Assembly: GCA_021613535.1 (NCBI GenBank) | Contig: CP075494.1 | Coordinates: 8,742,001 to 8,806,000 of the forward strand | Source: Adineta vaga | Taxonomy: Eukaryota; Animalia; Rotifera | Reading direction: 5' to 3' | DNA length: 64,000 nt | In this document: piece after piece, positions 19,958 to 34,140 of the stretch | How positions within the stretch are numbered: the first letter of the stretch is position 1 | Layout of the letters: each line of letters begins with the position of its first letter | Notes under the pieces: model-generated | The model's input: only the letters and a program-made list of their open reading frames with translations | Told to the model about the DNA's origin: nothing | Databases searched by the model: none | Made by a program: the position numbers and the translations under genes

Positions 19958-22900
19958 ATGAGTGATCGAGACGATTTTTTTGAATTAATTGGTAAGAATA
20001 TTAGATTTGAATGAATCGTTTTCTATCGATGATTTGTTTTTTTCTAGGTAGTGCACGAAATGCTACTAAGTGTCCATCATTTTATTTCAATGCTCGCATA
20101 CGTTATGGTAGAAAAGGTGAAAAAGTTGAAGAGCGATTATTGGTAAAAGACAGATAATAAAATTGATTGTTATAAAAACTTGTTTTTCTCTCTCTCTCTA
20201 GTGTACTGATGCTTCGCGTGTATATATTTGTTCGACAAAAATCCCTGTTAAGGTAAAGTAAAATGTCTAATATACGAATTTTTATTGAAAGTATTTAGAT
20301 CGAATCACAATTTAATATTTTAACAATAAAATTAATCGATCGATTAAGTGATTCTCATGTAGGTGTTTATAAATAAGAAGAAAAAAAAGTTTTTTCTATT
20401 CGATAAATTTAGGTTATCATTGAAACAGATGAAAAACAAATACATTCATTATATGGTCTTCATGAAAAAGCATCATTACAACCATTTCTTATTATTCTTA
20501 TTCGAAGTTTACATGCCGTTTTTCCTCATAGATTACAAGCCATGTAAGTTTGTTTGTTTGTTAACAATGAAAAGAAATTTAAGAAAAAATGTATCTTTTA
20601 ATTTGAATCTAGAGTGGAAATTCGTCCAGAGAATGAATATGATAAATTATTACGTTTATCAAATGAATCTTATGAAGATATGACTAATGATATTCGTCCA
20701 TGTGGTGGCTTTTCTGTTCGTTATGAATGTGCATGTGATTTTTTTCAATTACCATGTCATAGATCTATACAAAATGTAAGTTTAAAAATAATCAACATTA
20801 AAATCATTGCAAAATCTGTAATCTTAGTTGAGTTAAATAATTATGAAAGATTCTAAATTGGTAAATTGCATGGTTTTGATTTGTGAATTGAAATGAGAGA
20901 GAGAGAGAGAGAGTTGTGTTCTGTGCTTCGGATGCATGTTTGTCGCTTTTATTTTAGTTGGTTGATACTGTCTTCGCTCATCGAATCTCACGTGAATTTA
21001 CATTTCGTGAATTTGAAACATTAACACAAAAAGATTGGTTACCAATAATAAGTGCCTTACGTCATAATGATTGGTTTACAAAAATAACAATAGAAAATGT
21101 TAAATTGGTATGTTGAATGAAAGAATACTTTTTGAAATTTCTTTTGTTTTTAAGTCATCAGAGAATATCGACGAACTTTGTACTGTTGCTCGGTTATGTA
21201 AAGCACTAAAAGATCTACGTCTAATCAATTGTGGTCTTTCGAAGTAAGAAATCTTTTGATATTACATACAGAAAAATATTGAAATGTTTTGCAGAGATTT
21301 TGGCACACGATTTAGTCACTGTCTATCAGTTACATATATTGAAAATCTTGATTTATCGTTCAATGCACTTGAAGATAAAGGTAGTCATTTTTATTTATAA
21401 ATGATTTCTTATTATTTATTGAAACTTATTTCTTTTTAGGTTTAATTGCATTATGTTCATCTTTACAACAACGTAAATTACCATTTCGATCACTCAATTT
21501 TCAATCATGTTCAATTACGCATAAAAGTTTACAAATTCTCAATACTGCATTGATTACCAATAGTTATTTATTAAAAAATCTTCAAATTCTTAATCTATCA
21601 GGAAATCGAATTAAAGAAGAAAGTGTAAGTTGGTTTCGAAGATATTTCATTTAAAAATCATCATTTGTTTTCTAGTGCATTACTCTTTTGTTTTCTAACA
21701 GTGAAAATATTCTAGAAGAATTACATTTAAGTGATATTGAATTTAGTCTTGAATCGGTAAATTCTATTTAAGATATTCAATGAAGAAAACAATCGAACTC
21801 TTTTTTTTATTAGTTTTTTAATTCATTGGCAACGATGTCGTGTAAACTTCGTCGTTTATTTATTTCATCAATTAAATCATCCAATACATCAGCAAATTCA
21901 GGTGGTGTGAAATCATTTTTTACAAAAAATCAATCCCTAGAAATCTTACAATTATCAAATGCAAATCTTTCAATGGATTTTCTCAGGTAAAAACAAGCAA
22001 GAAATGAAAATTTCAAGAATTCTTTTCTTTTTCCAGAGAATTATGTGATGGACTACATTCAAATATTCATTTAAATAAACTTGATTTACGTCTCTCAGGA
22101 AATCAATTGGAATCATTTGTTCGAGAACATGCACATCGATTTGCAACGATTCCAAGTTTAACTACTTTAGATCTAACTGCATGTGGCAAGTAAACGATTC
22201 CATTCAGATCGAAAAATAGATCAGCGAAAGACTATGGCATGTAATTTAATTGTCATTCTTTGTATTTAGATTTGGATAATGAAATACCGACGTTCTTAAT
22301 TGAATTGAAAAAGAATCGAAAATTGAAAACACTTCATTTAGGCAAAAATTTCAATAATATCAAAACAAAGTAAATTACTCAATGATATTCATTCTTTTAA
22401 ACATTCGTTTGTTTAGAAATATGCAACGTACAATATCTTCGATGAAAGAATTGATTATAGAAAATGTAAGAAGAACGAAATCTTATATATTTGATTGTTT
22501 GTTTGTTTGCTTTTCAAGGAACTTGAATATTTATCACTGATGGATTCGAAATTAAAAGAAAATCTTGCAGATTTTCTTCTTTCCATAATTAATAATACAT
22601 CTTTAAAAATTCTCGATATACGGTAAGAGAAAAAACAAAAGCCAACGATAACGACTCGATTTTTATGATATTGTATAAATATTTATTTAATAAATAGGGG
22701 CAATTTAATGGGTGATGCAGGTGTACGTGTACTGGGTCATATATTGCAAATGAATCGGCATTTACGTACTATATATATCGATCGAAATACTCTTTCTTTA
22801 AATAATTTGGAAGAAATTGTTAATGCAATGGAAGAGTACGTATAAATTGAATTCATTCTATTTAATACATCAAATGTTTTTGTTACATATATAAAGACAG

Positions 22901-25900
22901 ATGCTTTTATTTTTTCAAAACTAAATCTATTGATCAGTGATAGAAATAGAATAGTATTATTATGATTGCAAGAAGAGAAAAGTCATGTTTCGTTTGTAAA
23001 TTTAGAAATTCTGTCATTGAATATTTACCTATTCCAATCACCGATATAATTCTGATGAAAACTACAGAAAAAGATCGTATGGAAAAACTTCAATATCTTA
23101 TGAACAAAGTAAATCTTTCATTTCCATTTATTTCTTATTTGTTATTCTTTTCTTAGATTGATACTCTTTGTGCACGAAATCAACAACTACAAGAAAGTAT
23201 ATCATCATCAGATGCTCTGTTAGTTACAACTGCTGCGAATCTTACACGTGAAAAAAGTCAATCATGGGAAAATCAACAACAATTAATCGGTGATCAAACA
23301 TCATTGGAATATATTCTTACATGTTCGAATCGATCAAATAGTAAACATGAAGAAATTCAATCAATCCTATCACGAACAGCGCGTATTGCTAAAGTATGTG
23401 AAAATATTCATATATTGAAGAGAGAGAAGAATCAAATGATTTTCTTTTATAGATTTCCGAAGAATTGTATGATTTTTATGTTAATGAAGAAGATCAATTG
23501 AAAGAAGAATGGAATGTTTTATGTAAAGCCTTTAAAGAAAAATTAACGGAAAAAAATGAACGATTATCACGAAAATTTTATCAATTACATAAAGAACAAG
23601 CAATGATAAATTATGATGACGTAATGATAAAATAATTGTATTTTAACTTTGAACAAAGTTTTTCGTTTTTTTTTTCATCTAGAAATTACAAGAACAAATT
23701 CGAACATATTTTGCTAATTCAAATGAAAATATCGATCATTTATTGCATAAAGAAATGCCTGCTCGATTAGCAACATATACACGGGAATGTTATATTAATG
23801 TAGCAACTTGTTTACAAAAACGAGCTTATGATACAACGAATGATATTGCTATCGATTTGCAAAAACAATTAGTAAGTTTAATGAAAGAAGAATTATGAAA
23901 ATTCAATTCATTTTCTTCTTAGGAAACAAGTATACTTCAAAATGCAGCTTATCAAATCTCAACAACAGATGGTACACAACAGCCATCAAGTAAGCCACTG
24001 ATCCTTTAATTTTTTCTTCCAGAAACTTAAAGATTTTATCTCCATTTTAGCTCTGGATCGTCTGGTCAATCGTGGTGCTAATGTTGTTCATCGTCTTGCT
24101 CATAAACATAGCCATGCTCAACCAGAAATAACTGATGAATCGTCAAGTAATCGTTCATTGAAAAAATCTGATTCAAATGAATGTATTACAGGTAAATTCA
24201 ATATTCTTCATTTATAATTATCTATGTTTGTCATTCGAAATTAAGATCCTTCACCAAAACCTTCGAGAGTAATGTTAAAAGATGATCGACTATTAACACC
24301 ATCACACAATAAAGGAAATGCAGCTCCAGCTCCAACGTCACCAAGACCACCACCACCTGCTGTTGGTTCGCGTCGATCAGTTTTGATCAATACAAATGAA
24401 TCCGAAAATGTTTCGACAACAACTGATCCAATCTATAATAATGTATCAAATGTAAATCGTCTTGAAAAGAAGGACGCATTGACAGAAGATGAAGGTGATC
24501 TGATTGAACATGATCTATTGGACTTAGTTGAACAAGAACAACTGAAAGATTTACATAGAAATACACCACCACCAGTACCAGTGAAAAAACGAATGGCACC
24601 CATCGTACAAGATGATAATCTTGATGTAGAAGTTGAATCAACAGTAAAATTAATTCATCCAAGTATGAAATTTTTAGCATTGGAGAAAATAAAATAATTA
24701 ATAATCGTTTATTTTTTGTAGGTAAAGATCGGCCACGTCGTACAAATGTTAAACCACCAGTAAGACGTCCAACAAATGGTGGTGCTGGACAGGATAGCTC
24801 ATCAGATGGAGGTCTTGATAATGATGATAACAGTGTTGGAGATGCACCACCTTCAGCAACCGAAACAGTAACAGTTGTTGAAACACCAGCATCAGAATTA
24901 CCATTGAAGTAAGTAAAGTCCTCAATACACTCTTCTTTGGTTGAAGTTTTTCGAATTGAACATTCTATCTGTGATTAGACGTACAAATATAATAAAGAAG
25001 TTAGTGTCTATATGCATGTTGTTTACGTAACGACTTGTTTTTTTCTTCCTTCGACGTAATAATAATGATAATAAACCAATAAAGACACTGCATGTGATTT
25101 AATCGATAGTTTAACTTCTTTTCTTGCTTTATATTTAGAACGGCAACAAAACTTTTAAAATCAGCATTAAAACCAATAAAATCTTCGAATGATGAGCCAT
25201 CTCCTCCGCCTGTTCTAGCAAAAACTCAATCACATTTGCCAACACTTCAAACACGTTCATTAAATTCTCAACAAACAAGTACACCTCTAACAACAAACAA
25301 TTCAATGCCTAAATCTGTCTTGGGAACAACTAATGAATCATCGCAAATTATCAATTCAGATTCAACACATGAATCAATTCAAGCAAAACCTTCAATGTCA
25401 ACAAGTTCCTACGCAGGATTAACATCATTGAATAGAGATGAACAAAAAGAAACGATTGCTTCTTCAGAAAATATCTCATCGCCAGTTCCACTTGCATTAA
25501 ATCGATCGGGTAAAGCAGCAATCGGTACTCGAGTATTACCAGCACTCGATCCAAATGGAGAAGCACCACCAGTTAAATTACGACATCTCTCTTCAGAGAA
25601 AAAAGGTACGCAAAAGCGCGAACGATGATTTCATAGTCTTCTTTTGGTTTTTCAGCAAATCCATCTCCAACAGAGAATTCAACAGGATCTGAACCAACTT
25701 CAGCTGGTGGTGAATCAACGACATCTGACGATAATGAACAGTACAAACGTAAGAACTTCTTTTTCTAGTCTGAAGTACATATCAAATCCGTTTGAAACTC
25801 ATTTTTTTAGGTTTATCAGTAAAAGAAAGAGCTCGTATGTTAACTACAGCTATACCTCCATTAATTTCGAATGATAAAAAACCAACAACATCACCATCAA

Positions 25901-26165
25901 ATACAACAGGTAAAGAATTGTCATAAATGATTTCTTCTTTTCAAATTTAACTTCCAGGTGTTATAAATGATAAATAATATTTTCAAGTAAGATTTTATCT
26001 CGCTTCTAATTTTAATTTATTGATAAGCTTCTTTCCTATTAATTCATACGTAGAGATATTCTTTTGTTAGAAGAAAAACTTTTTTCTTGTTCTTTTTTAG
26101 TTACATCACCTTATACACCTCGTAATACTCGTCGAATAATCGAACAAGTGAATTTATTCTGTTGA
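19958..26165 (+). CDS. CARMIL: CARMIL (PH-LRR capping-protein regulator), many exons
   Basis: PCGGFSVRYECACDF linker motif, LRHNDWFTKI and LRR repeats. CPI motif LIHPSKDRPRRTNVKPP after splicing 24663-24721. Pro/Ser-rich tail; stop at 25977 or 26165 depending on splicing. Confidence 0.9.
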
Positions 26166-26747
26166 TTTAAACATTCCTATATTTCATTCTTCTTCTTCTT
26201 CTTCTTCTTTTTCTTCTCCTCAAATATATCAATACAAGAATTTCTCATCAATGTTGTTTAATATAGTATTACATCTCTCATAATCCTCCAACAGTTTTCT
26301 TTTTATGTCTTGTCCTTTGTTTGTCAACTAATCTTATTTGATCTTGTTCTTTGCTTATTGAGTGGTGCTCATTATATTTCTTTCTTTTTCAAGTTTATCA
26401 TGCTTATTTCTTATTTAAAAAACAAGCAAAAATCTTTACCGACTTTATTCTTCTTCTTTTTCTCATGTAAAAAGCACACACACACATATGATTTGTATTT
26501 ATCTATACTTTATTTTTTATTTATTCACTTATGTATGTATTCTTTTTTGATTTAATCTAATAACGAGAAATAAAATGAAATAAAAGAAGAAGAAGAAGAA
26601 CATTGAATAAATGTATGTTCATTTGTATCGAAACCAGATGAAATTCGCTGTACTTGGAGGATATGAATGATCGAGTTTATAAACTTCAAATACTGATTAT
26701 TCTTAAAATCATATGAAATAGATTTATTATGGGAAGAAATTTTTTAT

Positions 26748-28300
26748 TTAATGTACAAAAGCTTTAGCAAGAAGACTTGAACTAGAAGAAATAGTAGCTG
26801 GTCCAGGATATTGTGGTGTGCGAAATGGTAAACCATAAAGTGCAAATGCAGTTCGTGCTCGACCACCATCATTTCGACGTCGTACAAATGGATACGAAAT
26901 CGATTGTGGTGTATAATTATAGAATGTTCGTGGCGTTTTAATAAGTCGTCGTTGAATAATCGATGGCGGTCGACGTATAGTTCGATGAAATAATTTTTGT
27001 TCTTGTTTCACATTTCGTTGTCGATCATATTTATCAAATAGTTGCCGACCAGTTCGTGATAATGTTGGAGTATTAATCAAATGTTCATATGCAGCAAAGA
27101 CGCGTTTTTTTTCGTGAATATTCGCAATATTATAAACACGATAACAATGAAAAGTAATCATGAGTACATTTTTAAACATGAAAAATATAATCGATGGTTT
27201 ACTACAACGAACTTTAGCTGCTATTAAAGCTCGATAGAGTAAAAGAAGACCATCATGAAGAAATAAAGACTAGGAAAAAACGAAAAGAAAACAGAATGAT
27301 TGGTTTTGTTTTTGATTTTCATTTAAAAGAAAAACAAAAGTTTTACTCGGAAAAGTGGACATAAATTTTGATCTTGAAAAAAATTGATTTGCCTTGTAAA
27401 ACTTCTGGAATGAAATTTTGAAGAATTTCGATTTGATATTGGTACTAAACCATCTGTATCAATAAATGCCATTTGAAATAAACCAATTGTTAGAAGAACA
27501 AGTCCAATATACATCCAAAATCGTTCAATGATAACATCATGATATTGTAGTGAATGTGAAATCGATAAGAGATCGGCACTATTGATTAAAGTTACAATTA
27601 GAACAATTCCACTCTTTTCAATCGTCAAATGTTCACGACTTATCAATAAACGACTGACAGATAGAACGATAAGTAACGTTTCTTGAATGACATCAAGCCA
27701 TCGTTGTTCTTCCATATAGTACCACGCCTAAATAGGTATAGACATACAAGAATTATTGAGAACATATTCGTGAATTTTTATTTACTTTATCATCACATTC
27801 AATATGTCGAATGGATAGAATAAGTTGCGTAGTTGTTGGTAATACATGTTGAAAACTTGCTGAATCATGTGAAAATACCGTATTATTAGAAAAATGATGC
27901 CGTTGATGGCGAATATGAGTAGAAGGCTGAGTTGTTCGTGCATTTAATTTATTTTCTGCTAAACGATACAATTTTCTATTTGCAGTATCAGCATGAATAA
28001 TCCAAAGTGATGGTGTTGTACATGTCAAATAGAATATGATACAAAAGGCTACACTAAAAACAAGAAGCAAAGATAAGTAAAACGTTTTTGTAAAATATAA
28101 TTTAAATACGTTCGAAATTCTCGTCCATTTCGAAGCCAAACAACAATTCCTGTTTCGATTAATAGAAAACCTAATCCAACAAGAATCACCCAACAATATT
28201 GATTATCATTTGTATCAACAACACGCCAGGCACAAAGAAGTCCATGTACTATAAGAAACACTCGCACAAGAAGCGACTTAACGATAGTCAAACCGTGCAT
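26748..28300 (-). CDS. TMEM26: TMEM26-family multi-pass membrane protein, 4 exons
   Basis: N-terminus MHGLTIVKSLLVRVFLIVHGLLCAWRV, PSLWI, SADLL, LHDG and FFMFKNVLMI match the TMEM26 pattern; the exons join in frame. Confidence 0.75.
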
Positions 28301-28777
28301 TCATCCGGCCATATTGATCTTCTAACACAAATTCTGTTTTATGTTAGCAAAAGAAAACACGAAGAGTATGTATGAAAAAGCTTAGTCAACAAATAATTAT
28401 TGCCGACTAAGCCATTGTTTTGTCTTTCCGTTGTAGGTTTGAACAATTCGTTCAATACAATATTCTACATTTAATCATTAATCATCAATGAATGTATGTC
28501 ACTCGATCAACATATTTTACAATGATAAAACGCTTATCATGTATGTACGGAGGTGCAAGTATAGAAGTCAATAATGATTTTGTATGTATGTAAGTAAAAT
28601 ACAAGTCAGATTCAAATGGGGAAAAAATATGTGTTTTTATTATTAGATGTGTTTTCGTTTTGTGTTATAAACATAACCGGTAACATAAAGTACAAATAGA
28701 TGAAAATAAAGAAGAAATTCTTTCTTCTTTTTACGAGAACAAAAAAAAAAGAATTTTTTTAATTATTGATCGTTTAA

Positions 28778-29792
28778 TCAAAGTTTAACAACTTGTTGTT
28801 TATTGGAAGACCTTTCAACCATTCGAAAAGACATATTCGATTTTTGTGATACTCGTTTAGATGTTGGTTCAGATTCGAAAACATTATCACTTTCATAGGT
28901 ATCATTCGTGAAACCACCATCCGAATATAAATCATCAAGATCCGTATCTGTATCCCGATTTGTTAAGACTTTTAAATAATGTTCAACTTTTTTTGCTTGA
29001 AATTGTGTTGCTAAATCAAATGGTGTTGAATGATTCATATCGTATGCATATGGATCAGCACCATATTGAATTAAATAATGAACAAGCTCATAATCATCAG
29101 CTGGACCACAAGCGATATGTAATGGTGTCCAACCATTTTTATCCTTTGCTCGTAAACTCACACCTTTTTCAACAAGATATTTCACAATTGATATATCACC
29201 ATTATCACAAGCAATATGTAATAAAGTACGATGATCACCATCAACAATATGAAGATTAGCTCCACTATTAACTAACAATTCCAAAATTTCTAAAAATAAA
29301 AAGATTCAAATATATTGTTTTGATTTTATTTTTGAAAATGAATCAACCTCGTTTTTTCGATTGAACAGCTGCGTGTGTCAATGTCCAACCAGATTTATCT
29401 TTTCGATTTACATCAGCATGTTTATTGATTAATAATGTCATTTTTTTCAAACAATCATTTCCACTTCCGACAACAAACATCATTGGTGTTGCACCTGTTT
29501 TATCTTCTATATCAGGTTCATTAATATAACCAAGTAAAACATCGAATATATCGGTATTTTCTGCCCATGCCGCATAATGTAATGGTGTTCGTCGCATTGA
29601 ATCGATTGGTCGTCGAAGATATTCTTCGACATCTTTAGGATTTAATTGATTGAGTATTGTTCGTAATTCGTCAATATTATTATCATCGATTGCCTTAATA
29701 ATTTTATTACATTTAGCAGCATCTCGTACAGTACCTTGAATTAAACCATAGTAGACGTCCGAGACGAGTTCACGTGCTCGTTTAAATAACAT
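28778..29792 (-). CDS. Ankyrin-repeat protein, 2 exons
   Basis: TPLHYAA, GATPMM, GWTLTHAA, TLLHIAC, GWTPLHIAC and TPFDLA repeats followed by an acidic tail. Confidence 0.9.
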
Positions 29793-30502
29793 TCAGTTCC
29801 AGTTGTTTTTTTCTCCTGTCCACAATGTACACACACAAAAAAAAAGGAAAAAAAATAAGCAAAATGAGGATGAATAGCAAAATGTAATGCTTCAATGATT
29901 TGCCAATATCGACATACTAAAATCAATGGAGTCTATACAAAAAAAAAGAGAGTATCGTCATTTACATATGTATGTCTTTTCTTCCTTTCTACCTATCGTC
30001 ATTAGCTGAATGGAGAACATTCTATCAATCATTGATTTCGTCAAACGAAACACATCATGCTTTCGACTAGAAGTCAGTAAATAGGGAAAATTTAATCGGA
30101 AAACAAATACATTCGTGTCAAGAATAGATTTTATATTACTCATGTATAATCTTATTCAAAAATTGGTTTTGTTTATAGTTTGAAAATTTAATCAATTAAT
30201 CAAGGTAGAAAATATGACTTACGTATCTATACAAGCATAAAGAAAAATAGAAAACATGCATAAACGTTATCAATGATAAAAAATCTATTTGAAAGAAAAG
30301 GAAAATAGTCATTCTCTTCATGTTAGAAATAAAAATGAATATTGTTAATAAAACAAATGAAATTACTTAAGAATATCTTTTTTTTAAGAAGGATGCACAT
30401 ATATTTCTATTTAATAAAGAATTCTCTATCATATATATATACGATATATTTAATTTAATATAAAAATAATAAGAATATTTATTATAATTTGAAAGACAAT
30501 TT

Positions 30503-31712
30503 CTAAGGAATTGTTAATGAAATAAATGCAAGAATAAAACTAAAGATTGTGTGAGTATAGACATGAATTCGACTTGCATCATTCATAGTTGCATTGATCC
30601 ATATTTGAAAGGCTGCTACACGTGTATAAACGCCTGGGTAGTTTTCTCGTGCGCATCCAACACCACTTGAAGTTATTCCAACTATTTCCCAAACGTTCAT
30701 TGACGTGAACATCATTAGTGGACCTCCACTATCACCTGAACACGTATCTATATGAAATCAATAATAGGTAACAAAAAAAATGAAATTTAGAATGATTTAC
30801 CTTTTCCACCACCAGGCATTACTCCTGCACAGAATTGTTTAGTTGAATCGTTAATATCTAGGTTTCGACAATATATATTGTTGGCACAATTGCTTGAACA
30901 GTGACTTGTTGTAGAGCGTCAGGGAGTGAATTACTTGCTTCATACATGTAACCCCAACCAATACCGATCAACTTAAAAGAAAAGACATTGTAATTAATTT
31001 ATAGATTTTTTTGCAGAACATTATAATACTCAAACTGACTCGATTGCATACATAAAAGAAATTGAATCCAAAGAAAACTCAACACTTCGAAAGAATTTAA
31101 CAAAATTCTCAAATACGATGAGAAATGGAACACAAGAAATCAACATCGAATCTAAATCATACTTTTTCTAATAAAACATATTCTTACACTCGTATTCGGC
31201 GTGGGATATTCTTGACTAGCTAGTATAACTGCTGATACATTTGGTAAACAAATAGTATCGATACCACGTTGATCAAGATCTAATGCAGATGATAATTTTA
31301 ATATGGCAATATCGTTCACATAAGTCTCCGAAGAATAATTTGCATGAACAAAGATTTTGGAAACACTTCGTGTTTGATCTACGACAGATAAATATATTGA
31401 TCCAATATAAACACGAATAGAAGATGGTGATAACAATGAAGAAACACAATGAGCGGCAGTAAGAATATGGTATGTAGATATAATTGAACCACCACAAAAA
31501 TGTGAACCAGTTGCACTATAACGAATTGATGCCATCCATCCCCATGTTTGACTTGTAGCAGATTCACCACCGACAATTTTAGTTATGACAGCTGAATTAC
31601 TAGAACATCCACATGACGCATTTATAGAACAAGTATATGTTGTTTGACTAGAGACATAACTTGAAACGATATTCAGTAGAAAAATCAGGTGCAATTCAAA
31701 ACGTTGATTCAT
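30503..31712 (-). CDS. Trypsin-like serine protease with signal peptide and hydrophobic C-terminal tail; 1-nt frameshift in exon 2 as assembled
   Basis: [27 protein letters not shown] and PGVYTRV. Exons 31712-31189, 30971-30801 and 30747-30503. Confidence 0.9.
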
Positions 31713-32437
31713 TTTAAAAGAAATATACGTTTAGAAAACTAATGACAAATTGGAATGAATGCAAAACGAAGAAAATCGTCTGACAGAAAAAAGAAGAAAA
31801 GCTCAGACGTTGTTGTTATGTCAGCACGATGTTCAACGTACTTTCTTCTCTCTTCATTTTTCTGCATCAGCAAATAAATTCTCTGTTCTCGCTTCGTTTT
31901 TCTTTCTTTCTTCATAGTTTTACTGAAAAATAAAGACCTATAAGAACAATGTAGAACATCGGAAGCGAAAAGAATGTTTTTTTCTAGAAAAAAGAATGCT
32001 CTTACATCAACTAATTTATAAGAAAACAATTGGTTGTTCCTACCTTTTAACACGTACTTTCGTAAAAGTACATCATGGCGATTCAAATACTAATTCTATA
32101 ACTTCACTGCTTATAATTTCTAATATAATAATCTATCATGCCTCTAGACACATTAAAGAGAAGGATGATATATAAATGTAAAAGTGCAACTCTCGGAATA
32201 TGTAATATAACTATTTCATTTTTTGATATACCTTCTATTTACGTCGTAATATAAGTAAGTTTGTTTTAAATGATTTGACAAGAAGTATCAATATCAGCAA
32301 TGTCGCTCGCTTACCGTAAACAAACGTTATTCGTGTATGTCCTATCCAATTAAAAAAACATTTTGTTAAAAAAGAACGAAAAAACGAAACGACTATCATC
32401 ATCACATATCTTACCAACCTTTCAATTCAATCTGCTA

Positions 32438-33073
32438 ATGGCTTCTACTCGGCAACTTCGTATTTTAGCTTTTGGTGCATCGTTAACTGAAGGTTATTAT
32501 AACGATGGTTTACAATTTCATCCATATACACATCGTCTTTCTGAACTTCTTGGTTCACTATTCAATACAATTGATATCCATAATGCTGGTGTTAGTGGTG
32601 AAGCTGTTTTAAGTTCAACAATGCTTCCAAGACTAAAACAATTATTATCATCAGCATCTGTAAATCAATTTGATTGGGTGTTGATCTTAGCTGGAACTAA
32701 TGATACTATACGTGATCAACAAAAAGCATCCGTAGTTTTCAAAACATATAAATTATTGATTGATGAATGTCATAAACATGGAGCTCGCGTTTTAGTTATG
32801 ACTCTACCTGAAACAATCTATCCACGAGAATTTCCATTCGATGTTCAACGGCAAGAATTCAATCGATTACTGAAAGAAGAGTTAAAACCAACAAATAACG
32901 ATAAAATCAATCCGAATATTGTTGTGTTAGATGTTGATAGACTTTTACCACGACATTCTCTTTCTGCAAATGAAAGTCGACAGATTTGGACTGATGAATT
33001 GCATTTTACACCGCAAGGATACGATCGACTAGGAGAATTTATTTTTGAAGCACTTAAACCTTTTCTTTCATAA
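32438..33073 (+). CDS. SGNH/GDSL hydrolase, intronless
   Basis: Block I FGASLT, block II NAGVSG, block III LAGTND and block V DELH; ATG at 32438. Confidence 0.9.
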   Translation: MASTRQLRILAFGASLTEGYYNDGLQFHPYTHRLSELLGSLFNTIDIHNAGVSGEAVLSSTMLPRLKQLLSSASVNQFDWVLILAGTNDTIRDQQKASVVFKTYKLLIDECHKHGARVLVMTLPETIYPREFPFDVQRQEFNRLLKEELKPTNNDKINPNIVVLDVDRLLPRHSLSANESRQIWTDELHFTPQGYDRLGEFIFEALKPFLS

Positions 33074-33292
33074 GTTAAATTCTCAATAAAAAAAAATCAA
33101 AAATCAATAACTAACACATGAAAATAACTTTGAATCATTATGTTCTACTCAGTATTCGTACATCAGATAGAGTTCAATATCAGGGCGAAGTTTCTTTCTT
33201 TTAAATAAATGAGTATCGCCTTCCATCTGTTTCTATTATAACATCAGACGTATGAAACACATTGACTGAATCTGTACTTTATTTTGACATCA

Positions 33293-34140
33293 ATGCTATT
33301 AATGGAAGAATCTAACTCAACAAAATCATCTTCTTCATCATCTAGCAGACAACTATGTAACCCTTTCCCGAATCATCGATCAGCAATTTTTATTTTAATA
33401 TGTAAAATAATTGTTGTTAGTGAATTACTTATCATAATCTTTTTTAATTATTGGACAAAACATTTACAAAATCAGAAAATCTATACAAGTAACTATCGTC
33501 TTTCTTTATTCGTTTAGAAGATTGAATAATCGATAGTATATAAATTAAAATATATTCAATCATTTAGATTCGATTTGGTCTATTAATGTTATGTTGATAT
33601 TAACTAGTATTAATTTATTCATGGAACTTTTTCATTTTGTATACATCGATTGTATGCTTAGGGGAACAGTTCAAATAACAACTATTCTTCGTAAGAACAT
33701 AGAACATATAATTAATGTTATGAAACTTTCTTTCGATTGATTTTCTTAGAAGGAATGATGTTTATTTTGACGTTTATTATCACGGATTGTGAAATTTTAT
33801 TCGTCATACTTGTTGCATCGAATATGTATCGATTCACAATATATTATGCATTACCATATTTTATTTTCTCAGCAATTTTTAGTTTTGTTGAATGGATCTT
33901 GTCATTAAAACGTTTTGTAAGTCATTTGCAAAAAGAACATTAATCTGATTCTTTTCGTTTTGATTCTACTAGACGACAGATTGGTTTCAAGTTATTAGTA
34001 TACCAGAAGACAGTTTAGTGTATCATAATAATGCAACCACATGGATTCTTTCAAACAATCAATTTTCAGCAATACTGGAAGAAGATGAAGATCCAATAGT
34101 TTTATCGAAATCAGTCAAATACAATGATACAATAGTTTAG
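33293..34140 (+). CDS. Uncharacterised protein with about 4 TM segments, 4 exons
   Basis: Exons 33293-33488, 33568-33691, 33750-33916 and 33973-34140 join in frame through GT-AG introns and give four hydrophobic segments. Confidence 0.65.
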
